From Chloropicon primus (lineage: Eukaryota): a DNA stretch of 64,000 nucleotides. The notes under the pieces are model-generated. The model worked only from the letters and a program-made list of their open reading frames with translations, was not told where the DNA came from and ran no database searches. The stretch's first letter is position 1. Each line of letters starts with the position of its first letter. The translations under genes were made by a program, and so were the position numbers. The stretch lies in the NCBI GenBank assembly GCA_023205875.1, contig CP060756.1, positions 620,001 to 684,000 of the forward strand, read 5' to 3'. Shown here piece after piece: positions 1 through 11,048 of this stretch.

Positions 1-182
1 TAACGTGACGTAACCTCCATGCATTGCGGGCACCAGAGGGTGGAGAGGGAGAAGAGAGAGGTCTCTCGTTTGGCGACAAGTTTCGTTGTCGTTGCAGCCC
101 CTCCTGTCGATCCAGAAGAAGATATATATCATTCCTATTGATAACTTCTCCCTCCAGCCCATTGCAGCCTTCAGGGAGGGGG

Positions 183-213
<31 letters not shown>

Positions 214-490
214 GTCTCTCGTTTGGCGAAAAGCTTCTCTCGTCGCTCGTCTCGTCTTCTGGGATGAATGAATGAATGGATGGATGGATGGAGTGCTCCC
301 GAACTCGGAAAGTCTCTCTCTCTCTCTCGTCCCGGGCTCGCCGAGCAAAGGAGGGTAGAGTTAGAGACCTTTTTTCTTTGGGCGAGGGAGACGAGATGAG
401 GTGCCTGACGATCACGACGACGACGAGGACAACGAGGACGACGACGACGACGACGACGATCATCTGCACGTGAGCGGTGAAACGAGAGAT

Positions 491-2164
491 ATGAGAGGAG
501 CAGAAGCTTCTGCTTCTGCTTCTGCTGCGGACTCCGCCGCCGTTGTCGTCGACAACGACAACAACATCAGCTACCTGTCCGGCCTCGGCCTCGACCTCCT
601 GGACCTGGTCCACGCCGGCCCCAAAACCGCCGCCACCAAACGAGGGAGGAGGTTCGAGGACACCAAGGACTTTGTCGACATGCCCCTGCTGGCCTCTTCC
701 CTGGGGGAGGTCGTGGACAGGCTGAGGTCCCCGTCCGCGTCCACCAGCGCCGAGGCGGTGCTCGCCTCCTGCTTCGGGCCCCCCGGCTCCGACCTGGAGT
801 CCGCCGCGCCGGACGACTGGTCCCCCGCCGGTGGAGATCCCGACGACGACGACGACGACAACGACGTCCTGCTGCTTCGGAGGCACATCCACGGGTGCTG
901 GCCCGCCCTATGCAAGCGTCCTCTCCACCCCGGTGGCGGCGGAGGCGGCACCACGGTCCTGGCCCTGCCTCACAAGATGTTCGTCCCCGGAAGCAGGTTC
1001 CGGGAGCAGTATTACTGGGACTCCTACTTCGTGCTCCAGGGGCTCCTGGCCTCCCGCATGGGGACGAGCGCCCTGCAGCTCACGGAGAACTTGCTGCATT
1101 GCGTGGAGCGTTACGGCTTCGTCCCGAACGGCACGAGGACCTACTATCTGGGGAGGAGCCAGCCGCCCCTGCTGTCCGAGATGGTCGCCGACCTCTACAG
1201 GTGGTCCCTGGACAACGAGGACGACTCCGTCCTGCCGGCGGGGTTCCTGGACGGGGCCCTGCCTCTCCTGGTGAGGGAGCACGAGTATTGGACCAAGGGG
1301 GACCACCTCGTGAGGGTCGGAGGGCGCGAACTCCTGAGGTACCACGCCGGCACGACCTGCCCCCGGCCCGAGTCGTACGTCGAGGACCGCGAGGCCACCT
1401 CGAGCCCCGGCGTGTACAGAGAGATCGCCACGATGGCGGAGAGCGGCTGGGACTTCTCCGGCCGCTGGCTGCGGGACTCCAAGGACTTGAGTACGTCCCG
1501 AGCCACGAGGGTCGTGCCCGTCGACCTGAACACGATCGTGGCCAGGATGGAGGCGAACGTGTCCCTCGTCGCGGGGGCCCTGGGCCGCGAGGACGTCCGT
1601 CGCGAGTACGAGCTCCTGTCCGGACGGAGGTTCGACTCCATCGACGAGGTGCTATGGGACGAGGGGTCCGGCCAGTGGAAGGACCTGGTGCTCGGGGAAG
1701 AGGAGGAGGAGGAGGAGGAAGTGCCCCGGCGCTGCACCACGTACGCGTCCAACTGGCTTCCGCTCTGGAGGGACCGAGGCCTGCCCCCCGGCAGGGCCGA
1801 GGCCGCCGTGGCCTCCCTCGAGGCGTCCGGCCTCGTCCTTCCCGGCGGCCTCGCCACCTCCGTGCAGCGCACCGGGCACCAGTGGGACTACCCCAACGCC
1901 TGGGCTCCCCTTCAGTACCTCGTGCACGAGGGCTTGACCTCCTCCGGGGGGTCCAGAGGCCGGGACCTCGCCTCCAAGATCGCCAAAAACTTCCTCCGTA
2001 ACGTCCACGCCACCTTGGCGAGCACGGGCCAGATGCACGAAAAGTACGACGCGGAGATCCCGGGACAGTACGGCGGTGGGGGCGAGTACATCCCCCAAAC
2101 GGGCTTCGGGTGGACCAACGGCGTCGTTCTCTCCTTCCTATGTAAACACGAAACCATGCTGTAA
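491..2164 (+). CDS. TRE1: Trehalase (glycoside hydrolase family 37); start uncertain (ORF open from 401)
   Basis: GH37 motifs VPGSRFREQYYWDSYF, PNGTRTYYLGRSQPP, PRPESY, AESGWDFSGRW, QWDYPNAWAPLQ, GGGGEY..QTGFGWTNG. Confidence 0.93.
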   Translation: MRGAEASASASAADSAAVVVDNDNNISYLSGLGLDLLDLVHAGPKTAATKRGRRFEDTKDFVDMPLLASSLGEVVDRLRSPSASTSAEAVLASCFGPPGSDLESAAPDDWSPAGGDPDDDDDDNDVLLLRRHIHGCWPALCKRPLHPGGGGGGTTVLALPHKMFVPGSRFREQYYWDSYFVLQGLLASRMGTSALQLTENLLHCVERYGFVPNGTRTYYLGRSQPPLLSEMVADLYRWSLDNEDDSVLPAGFLDGALPLLVREHEYWTKGDHLVRVGGRELLRYHAGTTCPRPESYVEDREATSSPGVYREIATMAESGWDFSGRWLRDSKDLSTSRATRVVPVDLNTIVARMEANVSLVAGALGREDVRREYELLSGRRFDSIDEVLWDEGSGQWKDLVLGEEEEEEEEVPRRCTTYASNWLPLWRDRGLPPGRAEAAVASLEASGLVLPGGLATSVQRTGHQWDYPNAWAPLQYLVHEGLTSSGGSRGRDLASKIAKNFLRNVHATLASTGQMHEKYDAEIPGQYGGGGEYIPQTGFGWTNGVVLSFLCKHETML

Positions 2165-2295
2165 AACACCAACCAGGACCTTTGTACCTTGTCTCTTTGG
2201 CTTTGAGATACACACCTTCGACTCACTGCATTGGGAACAACAAGACCCACACAATATTTTGTTTCCCGCATTGCCAATCGTGGAGCATGACGCAT

Positions 2296-2402
2296 GTCAG
2301 AGGCAGAGGCAGTCGATTGAGTCACAGGCAGTCGATTGAGTCAGAGGCAGTCGATTGAGTCAGAGGCAGTCGATTGAGTCACAGGCAGAGGCAGTTGAGT
2401 CA
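2296..2402. repeat. Minisatellite, ~19-bp unit CA(G/C)AGGCAGTCGATTGAGT, about 5 copies (outer copies degenerate)
   Basis: Unit read directly in tandem between the trehalase and mnmG genes. Confidence 0.85.
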
Positions 2403-2614
2403 TCATCGAGACCGCCGCGTACGGATGACAATTTGATATCTTGAGCAATCCAAAGCTCGAGAGCAAGTCCAATCTCGGTCTCTACCCCTTCCCCTTCCCT
2501 TGCCCTCGTCCCCCCTTCTCCATCACCACTCCATCCTTGTCCTTGTCCTTGAGATAAAACTGGACATAGTCTGCAGCTTATCCCTCCGCGCGCCAGAAGA
2601 AGCGGAGGCAGAGG

Positions 2615-4759
2615 ATGGCCGTCGCGTCGAGGATAGGTTGGAAGGGGGCAACTCGGACGGAGAGGGCGTGGACCAGAGGGGCGGACATGTTCCGAGCGGC
2701 GCTGAGGACGGCCGGGTGCGGCCAGTGGACCCTCCCGAGGAGGGGCGTCGTGCCAAGTCGTAGTCGATGGAATGACTTGAGTACGAGGGCACGAGGCCCC
2801 GGGGCGTGCAGGGCGTTGGGGACGACGTCGAGCGCGGAGCACGAGAGGTACGACGTCATCGTGGTGGGTGGAGGTCACGCGGGATGCGAGGCGGCACTGG
2901 CTTCCGCCCGCTTGGGTTGCGATACCCTCCTGGTGAACTTGAACCTCGACCGCATCGCGTGGCAGCCCTGCAACCCTGCAGTGGGAGGGGCAGGGAAGTC
3001 TCAGCTGGTGCACGAGATCGATGCGTTGGGCGGGGAGATGGGAAAGGTGGCGGACAAGACGTACGTGCAGAAGCGGGTGCTGAATCGGTCCAAGGGCCCG
3101 GCGGTGTGGTCGCTCAGGGCGCAGACGGACAAGCACCTGTACAGCAGAGAGATGAAGGACGTGCTGGACAGCTGCCCGAACTTGTCCTTGAGGGAGGCCA
3201 TGGTAGTGGACCTCAAGCTTGGGCCGAACGACGAGATCGAGGGCGTGGTGACCCACTTCGGCATCACGCTCCTGGCGAAAGCCGTCGTCGTCACGACGGG
3301 GACTTTCATGAACGGAAGGATTTGGGTGGGCAAGCAGTCCGCCCCCGCGGGCCGAGCCGGGGAGGCCCCAAGCGTGGGGCTGACGGAGACTCTGCAGTCC
3401 CTGGGCTTCGAGACGGAGAGGCTGAAGACCGGGACGCCGCCGAGGGTGGACAGGAGGACGATCGACTTCAGTAAGCTGGAGGAGCAGAAGGGCGACGAGG
3501 ACTTGAAGTGGTTCACTTACGACACCAGGTACCACAAGCCTAGGGAGCAGATGAGCTGCTTCATCACCCACACCTCGAAAGAGACTCACAGGATGATTGA
3601 GGAGAACCTCCACGAGACCCCGACCTACGGGGGGTGGGCCTCGAGCAAGGGGCCCCGTTACTGCCCCTCGATCGAGGACAAAATTGTGAGGTTCAAGGAC
3701 AAGGAGAGGCACCAGGTGTTCCTGGAGCCGGAGGGTTTCACCACCCCAGAGATTTACGTCCAGGGACTCTCTACGGGGCTGCCGGAGAGGTTGCAGCTGC
3801 CGCTCCTGAGGACGCTCCCGGGGATGGAGAACTGCCGGATGCTGAGGAACGCCTACGCCGTGGAGTACGACTACCTGCCGGCCCACCAGTGCACCTCTTC
3901 CCTGGAGACCAAGAAGATATCTGGGCTCTTCCTCAGCGGCCAAATCAACGGGACCACGGGGTACGAGGAGGCGGGCGCCCAGGGAATCATCGCCGGCATC
4001 AACGCCGCCAGGAAGGTCAGGGGCGAGACGCTCGTGACGCTTCCAAGGGAGAGCTCTTACATAGGAACGCTGATCGACGACCTCGTGACGAAAGACCTTC
4101 GGGAGCCTTACAGAGTCCTGACGAGCAGGTCGGAGCACAGGCTGCTCCTGAGGTCCGACAACGCGGATATGAGGCTGACTGCGATCGGACGGGAGATCGG
4201 CCTGGTGGGGGACGACAGGTGGCAGATGTTTGTAGAAAAGTCGGAAAGGGTTAAGGCGGAGAGCGAAAGGCTTCAGAACACCCGTATCGCCCCGACCGAC
4301 CCCTTGGCCGTTGCCGCAATGGAGCTGTCCGGGCACAACGTCTCTCAGCATGTGACGCTGGAGCACCTCTTGCGCCGGCCCAAGATAAGCTACGAGCTCC
4401 TTGACGCGCATGACCTGGGAAGCAAGGACCTGGACAAGATTGAGAAGGAGACCGTTGAGATAAACATCAAGTACGACGGATTCATTAAGAGAGCGGCGCA
4501 CCAGATGAAGCAGATGTCGTCCAAGGAGCACAAAGAGATCCCGCAAGGCATTGATTACGCGTCCATCAACATCATCAGCATGGAGGCCAGGGAGAAGCTC
4601 GCAAAGTTTCAGCCGAGAACCATCGGCCAAGCGGCTCGCATTGGCGGGGTAAATCCCTCTGACATCCAAGCTCTGCTCCTGCACATGGAGGTCTCGAAGC
4701 GGAAGAAAGACCCAAAGAAGGCGGGCGCTAAAAAGAAGAACAAGGCCGTCGTTCAGTGA
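2615..4759 (+). CDS. mnmG: tRNA uridine 5-carboxymethylaminomethyl modification enzyme MnmG/GidA, organellar (N-terminal transit-peptide-like extension)
   Basis: FAD motif VIVVGGGHAGCEAA, CNPAVGG, LKTGTPPRVD, GPRYCPSIEDK, GQINGTTGYEEAGAQG, YRVLTSRSEHRL. Confidence 0.96.
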   Translation: MAVASRIGWKGATRTERAWTRGADMFRAALRTAGCGQWTLPRRGVVPSRSRWNDLSTRARGPGACRALGTTSSAEHERYDVIVVGGGHAGCEAALASARLGCDTLLVNLNLDRIAWQPCNPAVGGAGKSQLVHEIDALGGEMGKVADKTYVQKRVLNRSKGPAVWSLRAQTDKHLYSREMKDVLDSCPNLSLREAMVVDLKLGPNDEIEGVVTHFGITLLAKAVVVTTGTFMNGRIWVGKQSAPAGRAGEAPSVGLTETLQSLGFETERLKTGTPPRVDRRTIDFSKLEEQKGDEDLKWFTYDTRYHKPREQMSCFITHTSKETHRMIEENLHETPTYGGWASSKGPRYCPSIEDKIVRFKDKERHQVFLEPEGFTTPEIYVQGLSTGLPERLQLPLLRTLPGMENCRMLRNAYAVEYDYLPAHQCTSSLETKKISGLFLSGQINGTTGYEEAGAQGIIAGINAARKVRGETLVTLPRESSYIGTLIDDLVTKDLREPYRVLTSRSEHRLLLRSDNADMRLTAIGREIGLVGDDRWQMFVEKSERVKAESERLQNTRIAPTDPLAVAAMELSGHNVSQHVTLEHLLRRPKISYELLDAHDLGSKDLDKIEKETVEINIKYDGFIKRAAHQMKQMSSKEHKEIPQGIDYASINIISMEAREKLAKFQPRTIGQAARIGGVNPSDIQALLLHMEVSKRKKDPKKAGAKKKNKAVVQ

Positions 4760-4835
4760 GGCTTGGGTGTGGTCAAAAGAAACAAACAAAAGTATACTAA
4801 AACAAAATCTCAATCTCTGTGTAACGTCTAAGTCT

Positions 4836-6938
4836 TCACAACGTAAGAAGGGAGGAGTAAAAGGCTTCGAGACAGTCATTAAATGCTTCTGGGACCTCGT
4901 CGTGGGGACAGTGGCCAGCTTCCACGAGCTGAACCTCCACGCCGCACAACTCCTTCATCTGTTTTGCTCTCGCCGGCGCGTCGTTCAACGGGTCATTGGC
5001 CCCTTGAAAGACCTGCACCGGTCCTTCGTATTCCTTCAAGAGATTGCTCAGAGGAGTAGGGGGCGGTAAGTAGAACACTGACTTGAAGACATCAAACGCC
5101 CCTGGGTCCGAAGACGCCCTCTCAATCTCCTTGGCGAGGCCTGCGTCGGCCCTTTCCGGGAACTGTGGATAAGCTTTCCTCAGCAGACCGGAAACTGATC
5201 TCTCGAGGTAGGAAAAGATTAGGCGACTTCCCACTTCTGCCACAACCGTCTTTCGGAACGCCTCGAAGCCGCTATCCTCATCCTTGATAGCAACTTCCTC
5301 GAAGGGAAGCTCGGCTACCTCCTCCACAAGTTTCCCTGCCGTGTTCACCAAGACGAGCCCCTTGACCAATCCCGGGTGCTTCGCGGCGGTGTACGCACTG
5401 ATGTAACCGCCGATTGAATTCCCCGCGAGAACCGCCGGGCTTTTGACGATGCTCGTGATGAAGTCTCGCACAAACAAGCTCCAGAGTTGGGGTGTGTACT
5501 GCGCTGACGCTTTTTCGCTCCTCCCGTAACCACAAAGGGTGGGGGCGTACACGGTGTAGCCAGCCCGGACCAGCCCGACAACATTTTCTCGCCAGTGCTC
5601 CCCAAAGGCACCAAAGCCGTGAATCAGCACGACTTTCTTCCCCTTCCCCTCGCCTTCACCCTGCTCTCCAGAGGGAGAGCCCACGATGAACTCTTGATGG
5701 GTGCCCCTCCAGCGCCACGACTCGTAAGACAGGTCCACGGCACCGTCCCCCCCGGCATCCAGCATCCGCTCCCTCTCCAGCGAGTATTGGTGGAGGTTGT
5801 GCGCGAAGTCATACTTCACAGCCTCTGCCATGGCCGCATTTGCCCCCTTCAAGCTCGCAGAGAACAACGCCGATAACGGATTGAGGTTCGCCTTAAAGGA
5901 GGAAGCCGCAAGGTAGACTTCGCCGGGAGAGAGGACGCCCTGGCTCAGGTGCTTCCGGAAGAGCACGTTGAAGCTTTGCCCGAAACCGCCGGGAACCTCC
6001 AAATCCAGCGCCAGGGACTCCAGACTCTCTGGTCGTGGCTGGTCGCCCCGAAAGGCTGCAAAGTATCTGTTCAAGTTGTTGGCGACCACTTCGTGGGCCC
6101 CGCTCAGAACGAATTCTGATCCCTGTACCTTCGAAAGTATCTCTGGGGAGCAGTAGGCGGACCTGTACGGAAAACTTGATGCCTCGGGAATCGGGTTCGC
6201 TTCCCCCCAGAACCCGCTCCACGCCTCGACCACGGCGTCGTAGAGGTCGTCTGCGGAGGGAATGTCCCGTCCTGGCGAGGCGCCCTCGGGGCTCTTGATC
6301 CGCCCGACCGCCTCCACTGGCCCAGACAAGTCCCATTCCTTGGTCTCCGCGAATGACAGTGGGTACGACCATCCAGTGTTCTGGCCAATTAGCGTATAGG
6401 TGTAGAGGGACAGCGCCGAACCGCTCGGGATCCTCTTTGCTATGACGTCCAACTTGCCCGACCACACGACGTCCGTCTCCCTCTGGGTCACCACCGTCGA
6501 CGCCGAGAGCTCCTCACAGATCCTCGGGACCACCTCCTCAGCCTTTCCGATCTCGAACATCAAGTCGCTTCCCAGAGCTCTCAGCTTGGACTTGAGCGAC
6601 ATCAGCACTTCGCGGTACCATTGGATGTCGGCCTCGCTCTCCTCCCATGGAGAGTACACCTCGGGATCGAACACGAAGAGGGGGACCAACGCTCCCCCCT
6701 TTGCAGCTTTCGCGGCCTGAATCAAGCCCGGGTGATCCGTCGTGCGCAAGTCGTGCTTGAACCAGAAGAGGCAGGGGCCCTCGTTAGAGCAGGATTCTGC
6801 AGAAGGATCAGCTCGGCTCGCACCCAGGAACGTGCCACTTCGAGGCCTTCTCCTCCTTGGTGGCCCTCTGCGCGTTTGAACGGAGTGACATGCCCCGCAC
6901 GACGACCGAAGCGTCGCCCTCACCCCACTGAAATCCAT
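4836..6938 (-). CDS. Fusion of a photolyase/cryptochrome N-terminal-like domain and a C-terminal alpha/beta-hydrolase; start uncertain
   Basis: N-terminal LFWFKHDLRTTDHPGL...LVPLFVFDP; C-terminal VVLIHGFGA, GYGRSEK, nucleophile GNSIGG, QGANDP, AGHCPHDEVPE. Confidence 0.85.
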   Translation of the reverse strand: MDFSGVRATLRSSCGACHSVQTRRGPPRRRRPRSGTFLGASRADPSAESCSNEGPCLFWFKHDLRTTDHPGLIQAAKAAKGGALVPLFVFDPEVYSPWEESEADIQWYREVLMSLKSKLRALGSDLMFEIGKAEEVVPRICEELSASTVVTQRETDVVWSGKLDVIAKRIPSGSALSLYTYTLIGQNTGWSYPLSFAETKEWDLSGPVEAVGRIKSPEGASPGRDIPSADDLYDAVVEAWSGFWGEANPIPEASSFPYRSAYCSPEILSKVQGSEFVLSGAHEVVANNLNRYFAAFRGDQPRPESLESLALDLEVPGGFGQSFNVLFRKHLSQGVLSPGEVYLAASSFKANLNPLSALFSASLKGANAAMAEAVKYDFAHNLHQYSLERERMLDAGGDGAVDLSYESWRWRGTHQEFIVGSPSGEQGEGEGKGKKVVLIHGFGAFGEHWRENVVGLVRAGYTVYAPTLCGYGRSEKASAQYTPQLWSLFVRDFITSIVKSPAVLAGNSIGGYISAYTAAKHPGLVKGLVLVNTAGKLVEEVAELPFEEVAIKDEDSGFEAFRKTVVAEVGSRLIFSYLERSVSGLLRKAYPQFPERADAGLAKEIERASSDPGAFDVFKSVFYLPPPTPLSNLLKEYEGPVQVFQGANDPLNDAPARAKQMKELCGVEVQLVEAGHCPHDEVPEAFNDCLEAFYSSLLTL

Positions 6939-7190
6939 GTGACGATGTCCAGCTGCAATCCTTCCCTCCCTTCCTGAAACACCTCTCAATGGCCTGAATC
7001 CTGGTCAAACGACGCAACCGAGACATCCATCGGAAGCCCTCGAGATCTTCCTTCGATTGGACAATCCCTCGTCCTCTCTCGTCCTCCCTCGTGCACAGCT
7101 CTTTCGCTCAGACCAACGCCGAGCCCTCACCTCCACACATTCCAGCGAGAAAGATCTCCAGTTTGTGGCTGATCTTCGTTCGCCTTCCTG

Positions 7191-7958
7191 TCCTTTGTGT
7201 GTGAAGCTTGATTGATCGTTTGGTCGCGATGGTTTGGTCGCAAGGGAGGAGGAGACACCACCACACGAGACCAGGCCTCGTGATGACTCGATGGGTACCT
7301 CACCTCACCGCCTGGATCCCCTTTTGCGATGTGCCTCCACCAGTCCAGCAAGAAGGAAAGGTCCACATGCTGCTCCTTGCCTATCCTTTGTGTGTGAAGC
7401 TTGATTGATCGTTTGGTCGCGATGGTTTGGTCGCAAGGGAGGAGGAGACACCACCACACGAGACCAGGCCTCGTGATGACTCGATGGGTACCTCACCTCA
7501 CCGCCTGGATCCCCTTTTGCGATGTGCCTCCACCAGCCCAGCAAGAAGGAAAGGTCCACATGCTGCTCCTTGCCTATCCTTTGTGTGTGAAGCTTGATTG
7601 ATCGTTTGGTCGCGATGGTTTGGTCGCAAGGGAGGAGGAGACACCACCACACGAGACCAGGCCTCGTGATGACTCGATGGGTACCTCACCTCACCGCCTG
7701 GATCCCCTTTTGCGATGTGCCTCCACCAGCCCAGCAAGAAGGAAAGGTCCACATGCTGCTCCTTGCCTATCCTTTGTGTGTGAAGCTTGATTGATCGTTT
7801 GGTCGCGATGGTTTGGTCGCAAGGGAGGAGGAGACACCACCACACGAGACCAGGCCTCGTGATGACTCGATGGGTACCTCACCTCACCGCCTGGATCCCC
7901 TTTTGCGATGTGCCTCCACCAGTCCAGCAAGAAGGAAAGGTCCACATGCTGCTCCTTG
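7191..7958. repeat. Tandem array of a 193-bp unit, ~4 copies (starts 7191, 7384, 7577, 7770)
   Basis: Unit TCCTTTGTGTGTGAAGCTTGATTGATCG...CCACATGCTGCTCCTTG recurs at exact 193-bp spacing; the one difference seen is CAGTCCAG in copies 1 and 4 versus CAGCCCAG in copies 2 and 3. Confidence 0.95.
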
Positions 7959-8078
7959 GATCTGGAAGAAACTTCTCTGGTGGAGAGAGAGCCGGAAGGG
8001 AGAGAGAGAGAGAGAGCCGTGGCCGTCGGTTTCGCGTCTCTGTGCTGTGAGGTCAGGTCAACGAGCGAGGGGGAGGCC

Positions 8079-8459
8079 ATGAGGTTCCTGCAGAATTTGA
8101 TAAGTTATTGGGCGAACTTGATACTTGTGGAGACCCTGGCAAACTCAAGGACGTTCCAGAGGTTCGCCGTCAACACGGACAAGATGCTGAAAGAGCTCCA
8201 GAAGAAAGGTAAGAGAGAGAGAAAGAAAGAGAGAGAGGGGGGAGGGAAGGCTCGCTCGCTCGCTCGCATGCACGTTCTTGTGACTGACCGGCTGGCTGTG
8301 TTCCCTTTCGTTTGTTCGTTTGTTTGTTTGTTTGTGTGACTGGCAGGTGGAGAGGTTTCTGTGAAGGACGCGACCAAGCAGGCGACGGACTTCACCAAGG
8401 CGTTCAGGGAGGAGATGACCAAGCAGTTCCGAGAGGAGCAGATGAAGAAGAAGTTCTGA
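8079..8459 (+). CDS. Small hypothetical protein (~80 aa), 2 exons (8079-8208, 8347-8459)
   Basis: MRFLQNLISYWANLILVETLANSRTFQRFAV... spliced through a GTAAG...CTGAC...CAG intron into an in-frame exon ending ...EEQMKKKF*; total length divisible by 3. Confidence 0.7.
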
Positions 8460-8659
8460 TGGGGTTTGGAGCCCCCGCGCCTCGATGGGAAAACTCAAAA
8501 GTCAAAAAGAAAAACCAAAAAAGTCATTTTATTCCACCAGTGTACTACCGTTTTAGAATAACCACCACCACCACCATCACCACCACCTCTTTTGTCTCTT
8601 CCTGTTGTGCAACTCACTCTCCTTCCCAGGCAGCTTGGCTGAGGCGGGGCTCGGCCCCC

Positions 8660-10439
8660 TCACCAGTGCGGGAAGGGAACCGGCGAGTACACTTCCTGCC
8701 GGTTCTGGTGCTGGTGGGTGCTGGGAGCGGTGGACGGGGTCTTTCCCATCGTGCTCACGCCCATGGAGCTCATCGCGCTCGCCCCGGTTCCCGGAGTCCT
8801 GGCCATCTGCATATGCATGTGCGCCGGTGGATACATCTGGTGCTGAGAGTGAGCCCCACCCTTCCGGAAGACGAAGAGGGCGAGGAATTTCGAGCGTGTC
8901 AGTCATATTGCGCCCTGCACAAAAGAGGAAGTTAGAACTTACCTGGTGCATAGCGTAGGGGTGGTTGCCGTAAGGCACGCTCATCCCTTGCCTTTGCTGC
9001 TGAGTGTGGGCGAACACCGTGTTGCCCTGCTGCACCTGATGATGGGGGTGGAAGTTTCCAACGCCCACGGGCTGCTGGTGGCTCGGATGGGCGTGGTACA
9101 CCGGCGAGCTGACGACCACTTGCTGGTGCATCGCTGGCGTGCCGTGGAACTGCTGGTGGGGGTGGGGGAGCTGTTGGTACTGAGGGTGGGCATGGGGGTT
9201 GGAGAGGTGGGCATGCGCCAACGTCGCTTGCTGCGGGTGCATGAAGTGACCGGGCTGCGGCGTCCTCTGCGACAGGTGGGAGCTGTGCGGCTGCTGGTGA
9301 AACATTGGTTGGGCGCCAGCCCCGGACATTCCCGCCGGCACCTGGTGCGCCTGAGGCAGCATCGGGTCCATCATGGACGGCATCTGCAGGGAGTGAACCC
9401 CCCCGTGAGAGACCGGGTTGGCCTGCAGGGGCGGGGCCATCGCCGACGCATCCCACCTCTTGTCCGGCGGCCAGCCGCCCCAGATCCCCCTTCCGGAGTG
9501 AGGCAGACCCCCCACCCCGTGCATGATGCCCTGCTGGTGCTGGAATCTCTCCCTCTCCCCCTTCTTCCCCTTCCTGGACTTCTCCTGTATCTCCAGAATC
9601 TTCTTCGCCACAGCCTCTTGCCTGACCTCGACCGCCCTCTTCTCGTCCTCGTTGTCCAGGAAGTCCGCTTCGCTCTGGGAAAGGTGTTTCACGACAGTCT
9701 CAAAGTCGTTCTGCTCTTCCTGGGGCCTCAGGAAGGCCGAAATCCCGTTGCCTCCGAGCTGCCCCGAACCTTTCGGGGGGCCGCCCGCCTGCTTGGCCTT
9801 CTTGTTCTTGCCCGACCTGGGGGTCTGGATCTGGGAAAAGAGGTCCTTCTTCTTGTTGAACACCTCCTCCCTTATCTTGTGAGCGATGAGGTGGGCGAGC
9901 TCCCTCTCACCCAAGTCCAAGTCCTTGCACAGGGTCCTCGCGAAGCGTTCCGGATCGTCCTCCGACGTGTTGAATATGTCCCAAACGAAGCTGTCCTTTA
10001 TGCTCGTCGTCCCGCACCTCAAGTTGATCTTGATCACCTCCAGCCTCTCCGGCTCGTGCAAGGCCCTTACCTTGGCCTTCTCTTCCACCACCCTGAACTC
10101 GTTTATCTGCCGCTGCATCGAGTCCACCACCACAGCAACGAAGGACTGAGGCAGGCTCATGTCCTTGATCAGGCCCACGGCGAACTCCTCCACGCTGGCT
10201 GGAGACTCTTGAGCGTTCCAGCAGAAGGTATCCTTCAGGAACTTCCCGTCCACCTGAAGAGCACGATGATCACGCGCACAAAACACGAGCAATGCGAGTA
10301 GTGAGCGATTGAACTCAAAAAAGAAAACCCCAGAGCACTGAGACGAAACCGAAAGTATCTCCAAGGGCCTTACCTCGAGGTCGAACCGGATGGGCACCAT
10401 CGTGGTGGCCTCACCCCTCTGCCGCCCCTGCCGCTGCAT
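8660..10439 (-). CDS. SNF5: SWI/SNF subunit SNF5/BSH-like with Q/H/P-rich tail; 3 exons (10374-10439, 8943-10253, 8660-8860)
   Basis: SNF5 repeats MVPIRFDLE|VDGKFLKDTFCWN and IKINLRCG..IKDSFVWDI..DPERFARTLCKDLDL..LIAHKIREE; GT-AG introns at 10254-10373 and 8861-8942 keep the frame. Confidence 0.85.
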
Positions 10440-10824
10440 CTCTCACCCTCCCCTCCTTTTCCGCAGCCACCAAGAGAGAACGAGAACCCTCCCGTCCCTC
10501 CCTCCCTGTCCAGCGTCGGACAAGGACAACAACCAATACCAAACTCCTCGACTCGACTCAACTCGACTCAATCAATAGGATCTCTCTCTCTCTCTCTCTC
10601 TCTCCACCGCTCCGTGGATCAAATGGGTCAATCAAGGTATCGATGGAGAGCCCGCGAGAAGATCTTTCTGATGATCCCGTGGACACGACCCCCCTCGTCA
10701 CCCCTGCGTCTCTCCACCGTCGCCAAACAACCGCGCTCCACCCTCTCTCTCTCTCTGGAGGAGAGCAATGTGGGAGGGAGTCAGCGAGAGGCGCGAAGAG
10801 GCGAAGGGTTTCGAACGCAAAGTG

Positions 10825-10866
<42 letters not shown>

Positions 10867-11048
10867 GACTCGGTCGCTTGCGGCTCTTGCTCGGTTCGCT
10901 TCGTTGTGGTCACTTCACTTGGCTCGACTGCTAGGCTTCGGTTGGAAGGAAGGAAGGAGCAAGGGAATCAACTTGTGGATTAGTGGATAAGGATTGGGAT
11001 TGAGGGTGTTGAGTGGCTCTCGTCGTGCGTTTGGTTGGATTGGCGTAG

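Noticed and set aside
40..235. Duplicated GAGAGAGGTCTCTCGTTTGGCGA segment and many (GA)n, (GAC)n, (GT)n and (GATT)n runs across the window
   Set aside because: Ordinary microsatellites or local duplication in UTR, intron and intergenic DNA; no further structure evident.
7191..7958. CRISPR array, or repeated 66-115 aa ORFs, in the 193-bp repeat
   Set aside because: Whole units are identical with no unique spacers, and no cas genes are present. The ORFs are by-products of the repeat (unit length is not a multiple of 3).
8915..8942. Apparent 28-nt micro-intron (GTAAGT-TCTAAC-pyrimidines-CAG) in SNF5
   Set aside because: It gives a stop after 3 codons. The downstream acceptor at 8861, with a CTGAC branch, gives an 82-nt intron and a compositionally consistent last exon.
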